From the NCBI GenBank assembly GCA_038064595.1, contig JBBTSV010000014.1:1-54326 (forward strand): 54,326 nt of DNA, given 5' to 3'. The notes beneath the pieces are model-generated. The model was given only the letters and a program-made list of their open reading frames with translations, was not told where the DNA came from and did no database searches. The stretch's first letter is position 1, and the number at the start of each line of letters is the position of its first letter. Shown piece after piece: positions 7,256 through 16,260 of this stretch. A program made the position numbers and the translations under genes. Origin of the DNA: Patescibacteria group bacterium. Its GTDB lineage: Bacteria > Patescibacteriota > Minisyncoccia > Phycocordibacterales > Phycocordibacteraceae.

Positions 7256-7929
7256 ATGGGTAAGCTCTCAATCGTCGCGACACCGATAGGGAATATGGAG
7301 GACATCACGCTGCGCGCTCTGCGGACGCTCAAGGAGTGTGATGTTATTTATGCCGAGGACACGCGCGTCATTTCTAAACTCCTTACGAAATACGGACATC
7401 GTAAGTCCGTATTTCGGCTTGATGCCGCAACGGAAGTAAAAAAAGCAGAAGAGATTATTGCGCGGCTCGAGGCAGGGGAGCACGTTGTTTATGTCTCTGA
7501 CGCCGGCACGCCGGGAATAAGTGATCCGGGCGCGCGCCTTGTGGCGCGGGGCCCCCCCGCGAAGCGGGCGCGACCATCGAAGCGATCCCGGGCGCTTCGG
7601 CGCTTACCGCCGCGCTTTCCATTGCTGGACTCGACACGGACCACTTCACCTTTCTTGGCTTTCTCCCACACAAAAAAGGGAGACAGACGGCGCTTGCGGC
7701 CCTCGCCGATAGCAAGATCCCCGTTGTCCTCTATGAGTCCCCGCACCGCATTTTGAAACTCTTGGAGGAGTTATCGCTTCTGGGCGAACAACGTCGCGTT
7801 GTTATAGCCCGTGAGCTCACCAAGGTGCATGAAGAAGTGCTCACGGGCACGCCTGCCGAGCTCCTCGCGCACTTCACTGCGCACCCTGACACCGTCCGCG
7901 GCGAGTTTGTGGTCATCGTGACCCCCTGA
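7256..7929 (+). pseudogene. rsmI: 16S rRNA C1402 2'-O-methyltransferase, frameshifted at a G4C7 run (real or sequencing error)
   Basis: Frame 1: VATPIGNMEDITLRA, AEDTR, VSDAGTPGISDPG; continues in another frame after 7560 as EAGATIEAIPGASA...GFLPHKKGR...YESPHR...ARELTKVHEE...GEFVVIV, TGA at 7927-7929. Confidence 0.85.
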
Positions 7930-7941
7930 TATACTTGGCTC

Positions 7942-8184
7942 ATGTCACGTACTAGTACCCTTATTCTTCTTGGCGTTTTGATTATCCTCACTCCCTATTC
8001 AGGTCTGCCGATCGCGATCCGCACCCTGCTTGAAGTCGTCTTTGGTGCGCTGGTTGCCGGTATCGGTCTCCTCATACGCACCCGTGAGATACAGAACGTG
8101 GCCTCCGCCGAGCCGCCAGCTCCCGCTCCAGAGAGCGAACGAGCCGAGCTCGAGGCGCTGCCCCAGAGCGTTTCTCCCATTTGA
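7942..8184 (+). CDS. Small two-TM membrane protein
   Basis: Two hydrophobic helices around SGLP plus acidic/Pro tail; TGATATACT 6 nt before ATG. Confidence 0.75.
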   Translation: MSRTSTLILLGVLIILTPYSGLPIAIRTLLEVVFGALVAGIGLLIRTREIQNVASAEPPAPAPESERAELEALPQSVSPI

Positions 8185-8202
8185 TTTGATATACTAAGCG
8201 CA

Positions 8203-9990
8203 ATGGAGAATCCAGAGCGCGTCACTTACTTCGCCGCGACCGACAGCCGCGGGAAGTTTGTCCCGTTCGGCATTAAGTCAAAGGACCGTGACCGTCACAT
8301 GTACGTGATCGGGAAAACCGGCATGGGCAAGTCGACCATGCTTGAGAACATGGCGATCCAAGATATTCGAAATGGTGAAGGACTCGCGTTCATCGACCCG
8401 CACGGTGGGACTATTGAGCGCCTGCTCGACTATATCCCGGAAGACCGCATCACTGATGTGGTCTACTTCGCTCCGTTCGACATGGATCACCCCATCGCGT
8501 TCAATGTGATGGAGGACGTGGGCTATGATCGCCGCCACCTCGTGGTCTCTGGCCTCATGGCCACGTTTAAGAAGATCTGGGAAGACGCGTGGAGCGCGCG
8601 TATGGAGTACATCCTCACCAACACGCTTCTGGCTCTCCTCGAGTACCCGGGCGCAACGCTCCTTGGTGTGAACCGCATGTACACCGACAAGGAGTACCGC
8701 ACCAAGGTGATCGACAATGTGAAGGATCCGGTGGTCAAAGATTTCTGGCTCAAAGAGTTTGCCAATTATGGCGACCGTTATACACAAGAAGCGACTCCTG
8801 CTATCCAAAATAAAGTCGGCCAATTTACCGGCAACCCGCTCATCCGCAACATTATCGGGCAACCCAAGTCCTCCTTTGACATTCGTACGATGATGGATGA
8901 ACGCAAGATCCTCCTCATCAACCTCTCAAAAGGGCTCATCGGAGAGACCAACATGAACCTCCTCGGCTCGATGCTCACCACCCGACTCTTCCTCGCGGCG
9001 ATGAGCCGTGCTAATGCGCCCGCTGCCGAGCTCGCCAAGCTCCCGCACTTCTACTTCTATGTGGATGAGTTCCAAAACTTTGCCAATAAGACCTTTGCCG
9101 AGATTCTTTCCGAATCCCGCAAGTATAAGCTCAATCTCGTCATCACCCACCAGTACATCGAGCAGATGGAGGAGGAGGTGCGTGATGCGGTTTTTGGCAA
9201 CGTGGGGACCACGGTCGTCTTTCGCGTTGGTCCGTTTGATGCCGAAGTCTTGGAGACGATCTTTATGCCCAAATTCACCAAAGAAGATATTGTGATTCTT
9301 GATCGACGCCAGGTCTATATCACCCTCATGATCGACGGCGTGGGCTCGGCACCCTTCTCGGCAGTGACCATTCCACCCATTGAGCCGCCGTCCGTTTCTT
9401 ACGCCAAGCAGGTCAAGGAGGCGTCGCGCGCCCACTACACCACCGCGCGTGCCACGATTGAGAACGCCATCCTTGAAGAGCTCGCGACGAGTACGGCGGC
9501 ACCTGCGCCCTTCGACGCACGAATGAAGAAGAAGCCGGTGAGCAATCAAGCGTCCGCGTCACACCCTCCGTCGGTGCGCCGCCCCGAGGCGCGCCCACCC
9601 CAGCAGCACCAGACACCTCAACCAAAGCGGCAGGAGTCGCCTCCGCGTGAGTACCCGCCTGCTCCGGCAACCAAGAGCGCTGAAGACCTGAAGGCCATTC
9701 TTCGCGCCATGACCGAGAAGCACTCGGGAGAAAAGGAGAAGCGAGAGAGCGCCCAGAAGAGCGAGCTCAAGCACACTCTGGTGGAGGTGGTTCATAAGAA
9801 TCCGCCCCCCCTAGACAATCCGCCAAGCGGATTGTCGGGCGAGCGTTCTGCACCGCAGAACGCTATAGCCGCGCCCAAGCCCGTACCGGCCGCCGCGCAG
9901 ACGCCACCCCCCGAACCTGTCTTTGAGGCAGAGCGACCATTTGAAGTCCCTGAAGAGAAGCTGAAGAAAGTGCTCAAGGGAGAGGCATAA
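8203..9990 (+). CDS. VirD4/TraG/TrwB-like (HerA/FtsK superfamily) ATPase with disordered C-terminal tail
   Basis: Walker A GKTGMGKS, FIDPHG, Walker B YVDEFQNF, SESRKY, HQYIEQ, FGNVGT. Confidence 0.88.
   Translation: MENPERVTYFAATDSRGKFVPFGIKSKDRDRHMYVIGKTGMGKSTMLENMAIQDIRNGEGLAFIDPHGGTIERLLDYIPEDRITDVVYFAPFDMDHPIAFNVMEDVGYDRRHLVVSGLMATFKKIWEDAWSARMEYILTNTLLALLEYPGATLLGVNRMYTDKEYRTKVIDNVKDPVVKDFWLKEFANYGDRYTQEATPAIQNKVGQFTGNPLIRNIIGQPKSSFDIRTMMDERKILLINLSKGLIGETNMNLLGSMLTTRLFLAAMSRANAPAAELAKLPHFYFYVDEFQNFANKTFAEILSESRKYKLNLVITHQYIEQMEEEVRDAVFGNVGTTVVFRVGPFDAEVLETIFMPKFTKEDIVILDRRQVYITLMIDGVGSAPFSAVTIPPIEPPSVSYAKQVKEASRAHYTTARATIENAILEELATSTAAPAPFDARMKKKPVSNQASASHPPSVRRPEARPPQQHQTPQPKRQESPPREYPPAPATKSAEDLKAILRAMTEKHSGEKEKRESAQKSELKHTLVEVVHKNPPPLDNPPSGLSGERSAPQNAIAAPKPVPAAAQTPPPEPVFEAERPFEVPEEKLKKVLKGEA
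9814..9836. repeat. In-frame palindromic element inside the ATPase tail
   Basis: GACAATCCGC-CAA-GCGGATTGTC perfect 10-bp stem, within LDNPPSGLSG. Confidence 0.6.
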
Positions 9991-9996
9991 GAGCCC

Positions 9997-11094
9997 ATGC
10001 GCGCCCTCACCCTCCTCGCGCTCACACTCCTCACCCCCAGCATCGCGTTTGCCGCCCTCGTTAATATCAATACCGCTGACGTGGAGCTCCTCGACACGCT
10101 CCCGGGTATCGGACCCGCCAAGGCAGCGGCGATTATCGACTACCGCACGCAGCATGGTCCTTTTGCAAAAATTGAAGACATCCAAAATGTGAGCGGCATT
10201 GGCCCGAGCACCTTCGCTGAGATCAAGCCCTTCATCACCGTCGGTGACAGTGGCAGCGTGCCGCTACCAACGGCGAGCTCGACTCCTACGGGCGGCGGCG
10301 GGAGTACCTACGTGCCACCGCCCTCGGCAATTACGGCCACCTTGTACGGCCCTCATGATGTGTTCGTGCACGTACCGTTTCGGCTCCACGCGCAAGTGAC
10401 TGTCAAGGGAGGCGGAGTCGACCCGCTGGCCCAGATCGCGTGGAGCTTTGGAGACGGATCGTCACAGACCGGGACCGAAGTCGAGAAGGTCTATCACTAC
10501 CCGGGTACGTACCTCATCACGATGCATGCACGTGATGGGGGCGCCAAGGCAAGTGACGAGCTTCTCGTCACCGTCCGTACAGCCTTGGTCGAGCTGCGTA
10601 CGTCTGGAGAGGGAATCACGCTAGTCAACAATACTGACGAGCGGATCGACCTTTCGGGCTGGCGCCTGCGCGCCGACTCGAGCTCCTTCCGTATCCCTGA
10701 CGGGACGATCCTCATGCCCCACCTAGGCACCTTGTTCCCTACGAGTATCACCAATCTCCCGGTGGTCGCTGATGTGACGTTACTCTACCCAAGTGAGGTT
10801 GTCGCTGCCGTGGGTGTGCAACCTTCTCCTGTGGTGACGCGTTCTCAATTAGTACAGACAGAAATTACCAACGTAGCTCCAGCTCCCCATGTTAAACCAG
10901 TGATTGCCCCCGCAGCGGCGAATGAACTCGCAGCTGCGGGGGCCCTCGTTGCTCCTCCTGACGAATCGGCCGCGACCGAGACGCCCACGAGCTCCACAGA
11001 ACCCTTCCGATCGCCTCTGGTTGTGGGACTGCTCGCGGTGATTGCGGTCGCGGGCGGGGCATTTATTTTTTCTCCAAGCTCGCATAAACCATAG
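9997..11094 (+). CDS. comEA: ComEA-family DNA receptor (HhH) fused to PKD and lamin-tail-like domains, with C-terminal TM
   Basis: Signal peptide; VNINTA...LPGIGPAKA...VSGIGP; WSFGDG...YHYPGTY; NNTDERIDLSGWRL. Confidence 0.85.
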   Translation: MRALTLLALTLLTPSIAFAALVNINTADVELLDTLPGIGPAKAAAIIDYRTQHGPFAKIEDIQNVSGIGPSTFAEIKPFITVGDSGSVPLPTASSTPTGGGGSTYVPPPSAITATLYGPHDVFVHVPFRLHAQVTVKGGGVDPLAQIAWSFGDGSSQTGTEVEKVYHYPGTYLITMHARDGGAKASDELLVTVRTALVELRTSGEGITLVNNTDERIDLSGWRLRADSSSFRIPDGTILMPHLGTLFPTSITNLPVVADVTLLYPSEVVAAVGVQPSPVVTRSQLVQTEITNVAPAPHVKPVIAPAAANELAAAGALVAPPDESAATETPTSSTEPFRSPLVVGLLAVIAVAGGAFIFSPSSHKP

Positions 11095-11114
11095 TTTTAC
11101 CGTACTCTCTACCC

Positions 11115-11990
11115 ATGTCTGACTCAAAAACCATACTTGTCACTGGCGGTGCGGGCTTTATCGGCTCGCATCTCTGTGAGCGCCTGCATACCGAAGGGCA
11201 CCGGGTCATCTCGCTCGACAACTACTTCACCGGGAGCCGCGAGAATCATGTCTCGGGGGTCGAGTATCGCGAGGGACATGCTAAAGATATTGCACAGCTC
11301 ATTCCCGAGACACCTGATCTGGTATATCACCTCGGTGAATATTCGCGCGTTGCACAAAGCAAGGAAGAACCAGATGTCGTGTGGGATCTCAATCTTGTTG
11401 GTACCACTGCAGTTCTTGAATACTGTCGCAAGAAAAAGGTAAAGCTCGTGTATGCGGGCTCTTCGACTAAGTTTGCTAATGAGCGCGCTGATGGCACCGC
11501 CGGCCGCGACCTCTCGCCCTATACGTGGGCAAAGGCGGTCAACACCGAGCTCGTGAAGAATTATGGCGCGTGGTATGACGTGCCCTACGCGACCGCCTAT
11601 TTCTATAATGTCTATGGTCCGCGCGAGCTCTCTGGGAAGTACGGCACCGTGATCGAGCTCTTCAAGCAGAAGTATCTCGCGGGCGAACCGCTCCCGGTCA
11701 ACAGCCCGGGCACTCAGACGCGCACCTACACCCACGTACTCGATACGATCGATGCGCTTATGCTCATTGGTAAGCACGGCGCGAGTGAGGAGTACGGCAT
11801 CTCTTCAGACGACACCTACTCGACAAGAGAAGTTGCGGATCTCTTTGGTGGCGAGATCGTGATGATGCCAGCACGCGCAACTAGCCGCCCCTCTACCCCG
11901 ACCGATAATAGCGCCGCGCGCGCACTCGGCTGGGTACCGAAGCGCTCCCTCAAGGAGTATATCGAGGCGTGCAAAGTGGCCCGGGCATGA
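11115..11990 (+). CDS. NAD-dependent sugar epimerase/dehydratase
   Basis: TGGAGFIGSH, SPYTWAK (YxxxK), NVYGP. Confidence 0.9.
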   Translation: MSDSKTILVTGGAGFIGSHLCERLHTEGHRVISLDNYFTGSRENHVSGVEYREGHAKDIAQLIPETPDLVYHLGEYSRVAQSKEEPDVVWDLNLVGTTAVLEYCRKKKVKLVYAGSSTKFANERADGTAGRDLSPYTWAKAVNTELVKNYGAWYDVPYATAYFYNVYGPRELSGKYGTVIELFKQKYLAGEPLPVNSPGTQTRTYTHVLDTIDALMLIGKHGASEEYGISSDDTYSTREVADLFGGEIVMMPARATSRPSTPTDNSAARALGWVPKRSLKEYIEACKVARA

Positions 11991-13165
11991 AGCGGGTCTT
12001 GATCTTCTCGCTCGCATACTACCCATCTCATGTGAGTGGAGCAGAGGTTGCGGTCAAGGAGATCACCGATCGGGTAGACCCCGGCGACATCGAGTTCTCG
12101 ATGGTCACGCATCGCTTCAGTGCCGACGCACCGTCTGAAGAGCAGATCGGGAATGTGCACGTATATCGCGTCGGTATCGGCCCGAGTTATCTCTCCAAGA
12201 TACTCTTTATCCCGCTTGCGGCGCTCAAGGCGCGCGCGCTCCACCGTGTGCACCCCTTCGACGGGGCGTGGGTGATGATGACCTATATGCTCCTCCCGCT
12301 CATGGTTGCCCGTATGAAAGGCGTGCGTGTCCCGTATCTACTCACGCTCCAGGACGGCGACCCGTATGAGAAAGTCTTTGGGCGATGGTTTGTCCGCCCA
12401 CTTGCACCCCTTTTAAACGCCGGGTTTCGCAAGGCGACCGTGATCCAGGCCATCTCGCACTCTCTCGCAGAGTGGCCCGCGCGCCGAGGCTCCACACGGC
12501 CGGTCGTCGTGATCCCAAACGGAGCGTCGACCGGGTCGGCACGCGTCTACCCACAAGCCGAGCTCGATGCGCTCGCGCACTCGCTCAATAAAAAAGAAGG
12601 GGACGTCTTTCTTCTCACCATCGGGCGGCTGGTTCATCAGAAAGCAACCGATGTGATTATCCGCGCTTTGCCGCTTCTGCCCGCGCAGGTGCACTTGGTG
12701 GTGGTCGGGAGTGGGAGCAGTGGGCAGCGACTTGAAGAGCTCGCGCAGGAACTAGGAGTCGCGTCGCGGGTGCGTTTTGTGGGACAGGTAGATCGCAACG
12801 AGACCGCCAAGTACAGAAAGGTCTGTGACCTCTTTGTACTCCCAAGTCGCTCGGAGGGGCAGGGGATCTCAATCATCTCCTCCATGCTCGCGGGGATACC
12901 AGTGATTGCCACCCAGGTTGGGGGTATCGCCGATTTTCTCTTTGACGCCAAGCGCAACCCAGAGAAGCCCTCCACCGGCTGGGCCGTCGACCCTGATAGC
13001 CCTGAGCAGATAGCCGAAGCGGTGCAGTACATCATCTCGCACCCTGAAGAAGCGCGCGCTGTCGCCGAGACCGCCACGAGAATGGTTGAGGAGCGATATG
13101 ACTGGGACGTACTCGTCCCCACCCTCCGCACCGAGGCCTTCGGCCCGGTATTGCAGGATAGATAG
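11987..13165 (+). CDS. GT4 glycosyltransferase
   Basis: GRLVHQK, FVLPSRSEGQG, PVIATQVGGI; ATGA overlap with upstream stop. Confidence 0.92.
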   Translation: MKRVLIFSLAYYPSHVSGAEVAVKEITDRVDPGDIEFSMVTHRFSADAPSEEQIGNVHVYRVGIGPSYLSKILFIPLAALKARALHRVHPFDGAWVMMTYMLLPLMVARMKGVRVPYLLTLQDGDPYEKVFGRWFVRPLAPLLNAGFRKATVIQAISHSLAEWPARRGSTRPVVVIPNGASTGSARVYPQAELDALAHSLNKKEGDVFLLTIGRLVHQKATDVIIRALPLLPAQVHLVVVGSGSSGQRLEELAQELGVASRVRFVGQVDRNETAKYRKVCDLFVLPSRSEGQGISIISSMLAGIPVIATQVGGIADFLFDAKRNPEKPSTGWAVDPDSPEQIAEAVQYIISHPEEARAVAETATRMVEERYDWDVLVPTLRTEAFGPVLQDR

Positions 13166-13243
13166 TTTTATGTTTTAATATTTTTGGATTCAGGACCCTC
13201 CTGTTCCGCTTTGTGCAACTAGACTAGATTGGAGGGCATATAT

Positions 13244-13705
13244 ATGCCACGGATTTTGACGAGTGAAGAGTGCGTCGCGCGCGGTGTCGAACCACGCAGT
13301 CGCCTGATGGAAAACGGAGAATATCGCGACAGCCTGACTGTTGGCGGCAATCATGGAATTGGCTACATCCTCACAACGATGCCGTCGGACTCAGGCGGCG
13401 GGTGGCAGAACGCCCACTTCCACGTGAAGGCCAGGGAGACCTACGTCGTGCAGAAGGGTTGGATCGCAAGCGCCCTGCTTCTTGTTCCGGGCGGTGAACC
13501 GATCTACCGTATCTTTCGGGAAGGCGGCGTGTTCACAACTCAGCCGATGCAGGCGCACAACGTCTACATGCCGGCCGGCGCAGTGATCCACACCGTTCGT
13601 CACGGTGACGTCACTGGTGAGAAGGACTGGTTCGCGAGCGAAGAGCTTGATCGACTGAGCAAGCGACTCGCCGAGGCCGACATCCTCCGTTTGGCTGCCG
13701 AGTGA
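13244..13705 (+). CDS. Cupin-domain protein
   Basis: QNAHFH...ETYVVQKG...P..AHNV cupin metal motifs; GGAGG upstream; own terminator. Confidence 0.8.
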   Translation: MPRILTSEECVARGVEPRSRLMENGEYRDSLTVGGNHGIGYILTTMPSDSGGGWQNAHFHVKARETYVVQKGWIASALLLVPGGEPIYRIFREGGVFTTQPMQAHNVYMPAGAVIHTVRHGDVTGEKDWFASEELDRLSKRLAEADILRLAAE

Positions 13706-13713
13706 AGCATGAT

Positions 13714-13749
13714 TGGGGCGCGACTTCGCAGTCGCGCCCCACGTTTTTT
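13714..13749 (+). terminator. Intrinsic terminator
   Basis: TGGGGCGCGACT-TCGC-AGTCGCGCCCCA then CGTTTTTT. Confidence 0.85.
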
Positions 13750-13766
13750 CATAGTAAGCTTGCCGT

Positions 13767-14549
13767 ATGAATCCCTACGACTTTTGTATACAGAAGGTGA
13801 AGGAGGCGGGGGAGCTGTTACTTCAAGTGCGGGAGAAGGGTTTTGAGGTCGCAACCAAGGGCGGGAACGCGCGCGACATCATCACGAGCGTTGATCGTGA
13901 CGTGAATGAGTTTCTTATTGCGGCAATTAAAAAAGAATTCCCCACGCATTGGATTTATTCTGAGGAGGGAGCAGGAGCAGGTGTAGAGAGCGAGTACGAG
14001 TGGATGATTGACCCGATCGATGGTTCATCCAACTTCTCGCGCGGCATCCCGCACTTTGCCGTATGCCTTGGGCTCGTACAGGGCGGCGCGCCGGTGGTGG
14101 GAGCGGTCTATAACCCCGTCACGCGCGAGCTCTTTAGTTTTGAAAAGGGCAGAGGCGCATTTCTAAACGGGACCCCGATACACGTCTCTACCGTGAGCGA
14201 GCTCGCGCAGGCGCAGGTCGTCTTTAGCCCGGGCTCACGCAAGCGAGAACTCTGGGATTGGGCAGCGGCCTCCTATCGGACCCTGCTCGAACACGCCCTC
14301 AAGCGCGGTATGTACGGCTCTTCTGCGCTCGATCTCTGCTACATCGCCTCTGGCCGCGCCGATGCGGGAGTGTATGGGACGCTTACGACGCGCGACATTG
14401 CTGCCGCGCTCGGAATTCTTACCGAGGCGGGTGGCGCGGCCATAAACGCTCTCGGCGAGCCGGTTGCGCTTTTAGGCGAGCCGCAGAAAGTGTTTATGGG
14501 CAATAGCGTGAGGATGGCAGAGGAGATCCGCGTTTTGCTCGAGGGCTAG
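13767..14549 (+). CDS. Inositol monophosphatase family (SuhB-like)
   Basis: SEEG, WMIDPIDGSSNF, GSSALDLCYIASGRAD, DIAAA. Confidence 0.92.
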   Translation: MNPYDFCIQKVKEAGELLLQVREKGFEVATKGGNARDIITSVDRDVNEFLIAAIKKEFPTHWIYSEEGAGAGVESEYEWMIDPIDGSSNFSRGIPHFAVCLGLVQGGAPVVGAVYNPVTRELFSFEKGRGAFLNGTPIHVSTVSELAQAQVVFSPGSRKRELWDWAAASYRTLLEHALKRGMYGSSALDLCYIASGRADAGVYGTLTTRDIAAALGILTEAGGAAINALGEPVALLGEPQKVFMGNSVRMAEEIRVLLEG

Positions 14550-15655
14550 TGGAGCGCTGCCTGGCGCTTTTTTTCTTCCTCACTACGAAGCAGGTCGCGA
14601 TCTCTCTGGTAACGTACAATGACCGCATCATCGAGCGGTTTGTCATCAAGCAGAGACTCAAGCACCGCAAGCCAAAAGGTGACCCGAGTCCGGCTCAACT
14701 CTGCGACGTCACCGCTTGCCGCAGCTGCGGCGCCCACGTGGTACTCGAGAAGTTTCCCAAGCTTGTAGATACGCATGAGGCGGAGCGACAGCACCTCTTC
14801 AGGAGTGCGATTATCACTGACGTACTGAATGAGCGCTGCCTCAAGCGGGCGGTTGTAGAGCAGCATAAAGTTTGTAAAGCGTCCCCAGCTTTCGTATTTA
14901 TTCCCAAAATGAAGTGACGCCGCATCGAGCAAAAATACATGCCCATCGTTTACGCGGATGTTGTGCGGGACAAAATCGGCATGGGTGAGAAAGCCGCAGT
15001 ACTGCTCGATAGTCTCTCGATGCGTGGCAAGTTCTGCGCGGGCTCGCTCGAGGGTCTGTGCAAGTGCATCCTGTTCTAGACCATGACGACGTACGTTAGT
15101 GACGAACGTTTCAAACGAACGGAGGTAGTCAGGCGCGGCGAAGCTTCCAAAGATCTGCTCCACCTCGCGCGCATGTGCAGAGGTAGTTGCATGGATACTC
15201 TCCTGTGCTTTGAGTGCGCGAAGCGCAAGTGCAAACTGCTCGGGGAGCGGACGACTGATAAACGTGCGTTCTTGTTCAATACAGTCGGTGATGAAGATCC
15301 GGTATCCGTCGAGGACGGTGAAGAGAAGCTCGGTCGGGACCGTGATGGTTTGGTAGGCAAACGGGAGGGAGCGCACGGTCTCTCTCGCGCGCCGCTCGGT
15401 CTCGATCTCACGGATACCGTTGCGCTCGCTGCTTGCCTTGATAACCACGCGACGTCCGTCGTGGGCGCGACTCCCAAGCAGTACGAGCTTGTAGCCGCCT
15501 CCACCCACATCACGTTCGCCGGCCATGAGGAAGCGCTCGCCCAAGAGATGTGGCTGTTCGACATCAAGCACAAAACCGAGCCGCGCGAGCACGGGCGTGG
15601 CTCGCGCGAGCTCGTGACGTTGGTAAGTCTCCCACGCTGGTGCGGTACTAGGCAT
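14546..15655 (-). CDS. APH/choline-kinase-like phosphotransferase
   Basis: VVIKAS, HADFVPHN (HxDxxxxN), LLD motif; start MPSTAP overlaps upstream stop. Confidence 0.72.
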   Translation of the reverse strand: MPSTAPAWETYQRHELARATPVLARLGFVLDVEQPHLLGERFLMAGERDVGGGGYKLVLLGSRAHDGRRVVIKASSERNGIREIETERRARETVRSLPFAYQTITVPTELLFTVLDGYRIFITDCIEQERTFISRPLPEQFALALRALKAQESIHATTSAHAREVEQIFGSFAAPDYLRSFETFVTNVRRHGLEQDALAQTLERARAELATHRETIEQYCGFLTHADFVPHNIRVNDGHVFLLDAASLHFGNKYESWGRFTNFMLLYNRPLEAALIQYVSDNRTPEEVLSLRLMRIYKLGKLLEYHVGAAAAASGDVAELSRTRVTFWLAVLESLLDDKPLDDAVIVRYQRDRDLLRSEEEKKRQAALH

Positions 15656-16190
15656 GGGTGAAGGTGTCATGGAGGAGCTCGAGATGCTCACTCCATGAGT
15701 GCTCGTAGCTCGAGAAGGCGATCGACGGATAGGGCTCAAAGGGAATGATCTCCGGGCGTGGGAAGGGGAAGGTGTGTATGCACGCACGAGCGCGTGATTG
15801 CGCGAGGTGTGCCACCAATCGTGCAAGCCATCTCGTCTGTGCTTGCCGAACGGCGACAGGGTCAGAACAAGCGAGTACGACTTGTCGGTGGGGAAGGAAA
15901 GAGGTGAGGAATACGGGAAGCTCCACCGACATGCCGTTCATCGCATAGATCATATCTGCGTTTCTCGACGCGCGTGAGAGAGCGAAAAAGAATGAGAGGA
16001 GGCGGAGCGGGAGCACACGCCGCTTCTCGACCGTGAGCATACGCACCCCCGGGACCTTTTCTGGGAGATGGGTGTACGCGAGGAGGGTGACCTCATGCTG
16101 GGCCGCAAGGCGCGTCACGAGCTCCTTCACGTAGGGGGCTGGCTCCGCGATTTCAGGCGGGTAGAGGGGGGTAACGACCAGGATACGCAT
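15648..16190 (-). CDS. Truncated GT4 N-terminal-domain-only protein
   Basis: MRILVVTPLYPPEIAEPAPYVKEL parallels MRLVIATPLYPPDIGGPATYARLL of the divergent gene; no C-terminal domain. Confidence 0.75.
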   Translation of the reverse strand: MRILVVTPLYPPEIAEPAPYVKELVTRLAAQHEVTLLAYTHLPEKVPGVRMLTVEKRRVLPLRLLSFFFALSRASRNADMIYAMNGMSVELPVFLTSFLPHRQVVLACSDPVAVRQAQTRWLARLVAHLAQSRARACIHTFPFPRPEIIPFEPYPSIAFSSYEHSWSEHLELLHDTFTHA

Positions 16191-16260
16191 AGGGGAAATC
16201 TACCATATCTGTAACCTGTGCCTGCGACGATTAGATGCAGAAACGGGTTAGAATAGGGGT

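Noticed and set aside
7205-7756. 183-aa ORF as a complete novel protein
   Set aside because: It is the rsmI N-terminal half running into the wrong frame
14546-15826. Longer 426-aa start for the kinase, and similar upstream extensions at 20788, 26884, 28949, 31027, 34879 and 41928
   Set aside because: Extensions overlap upstream genes or promoters; downstream ATGs fit coupling or the -10 pattern
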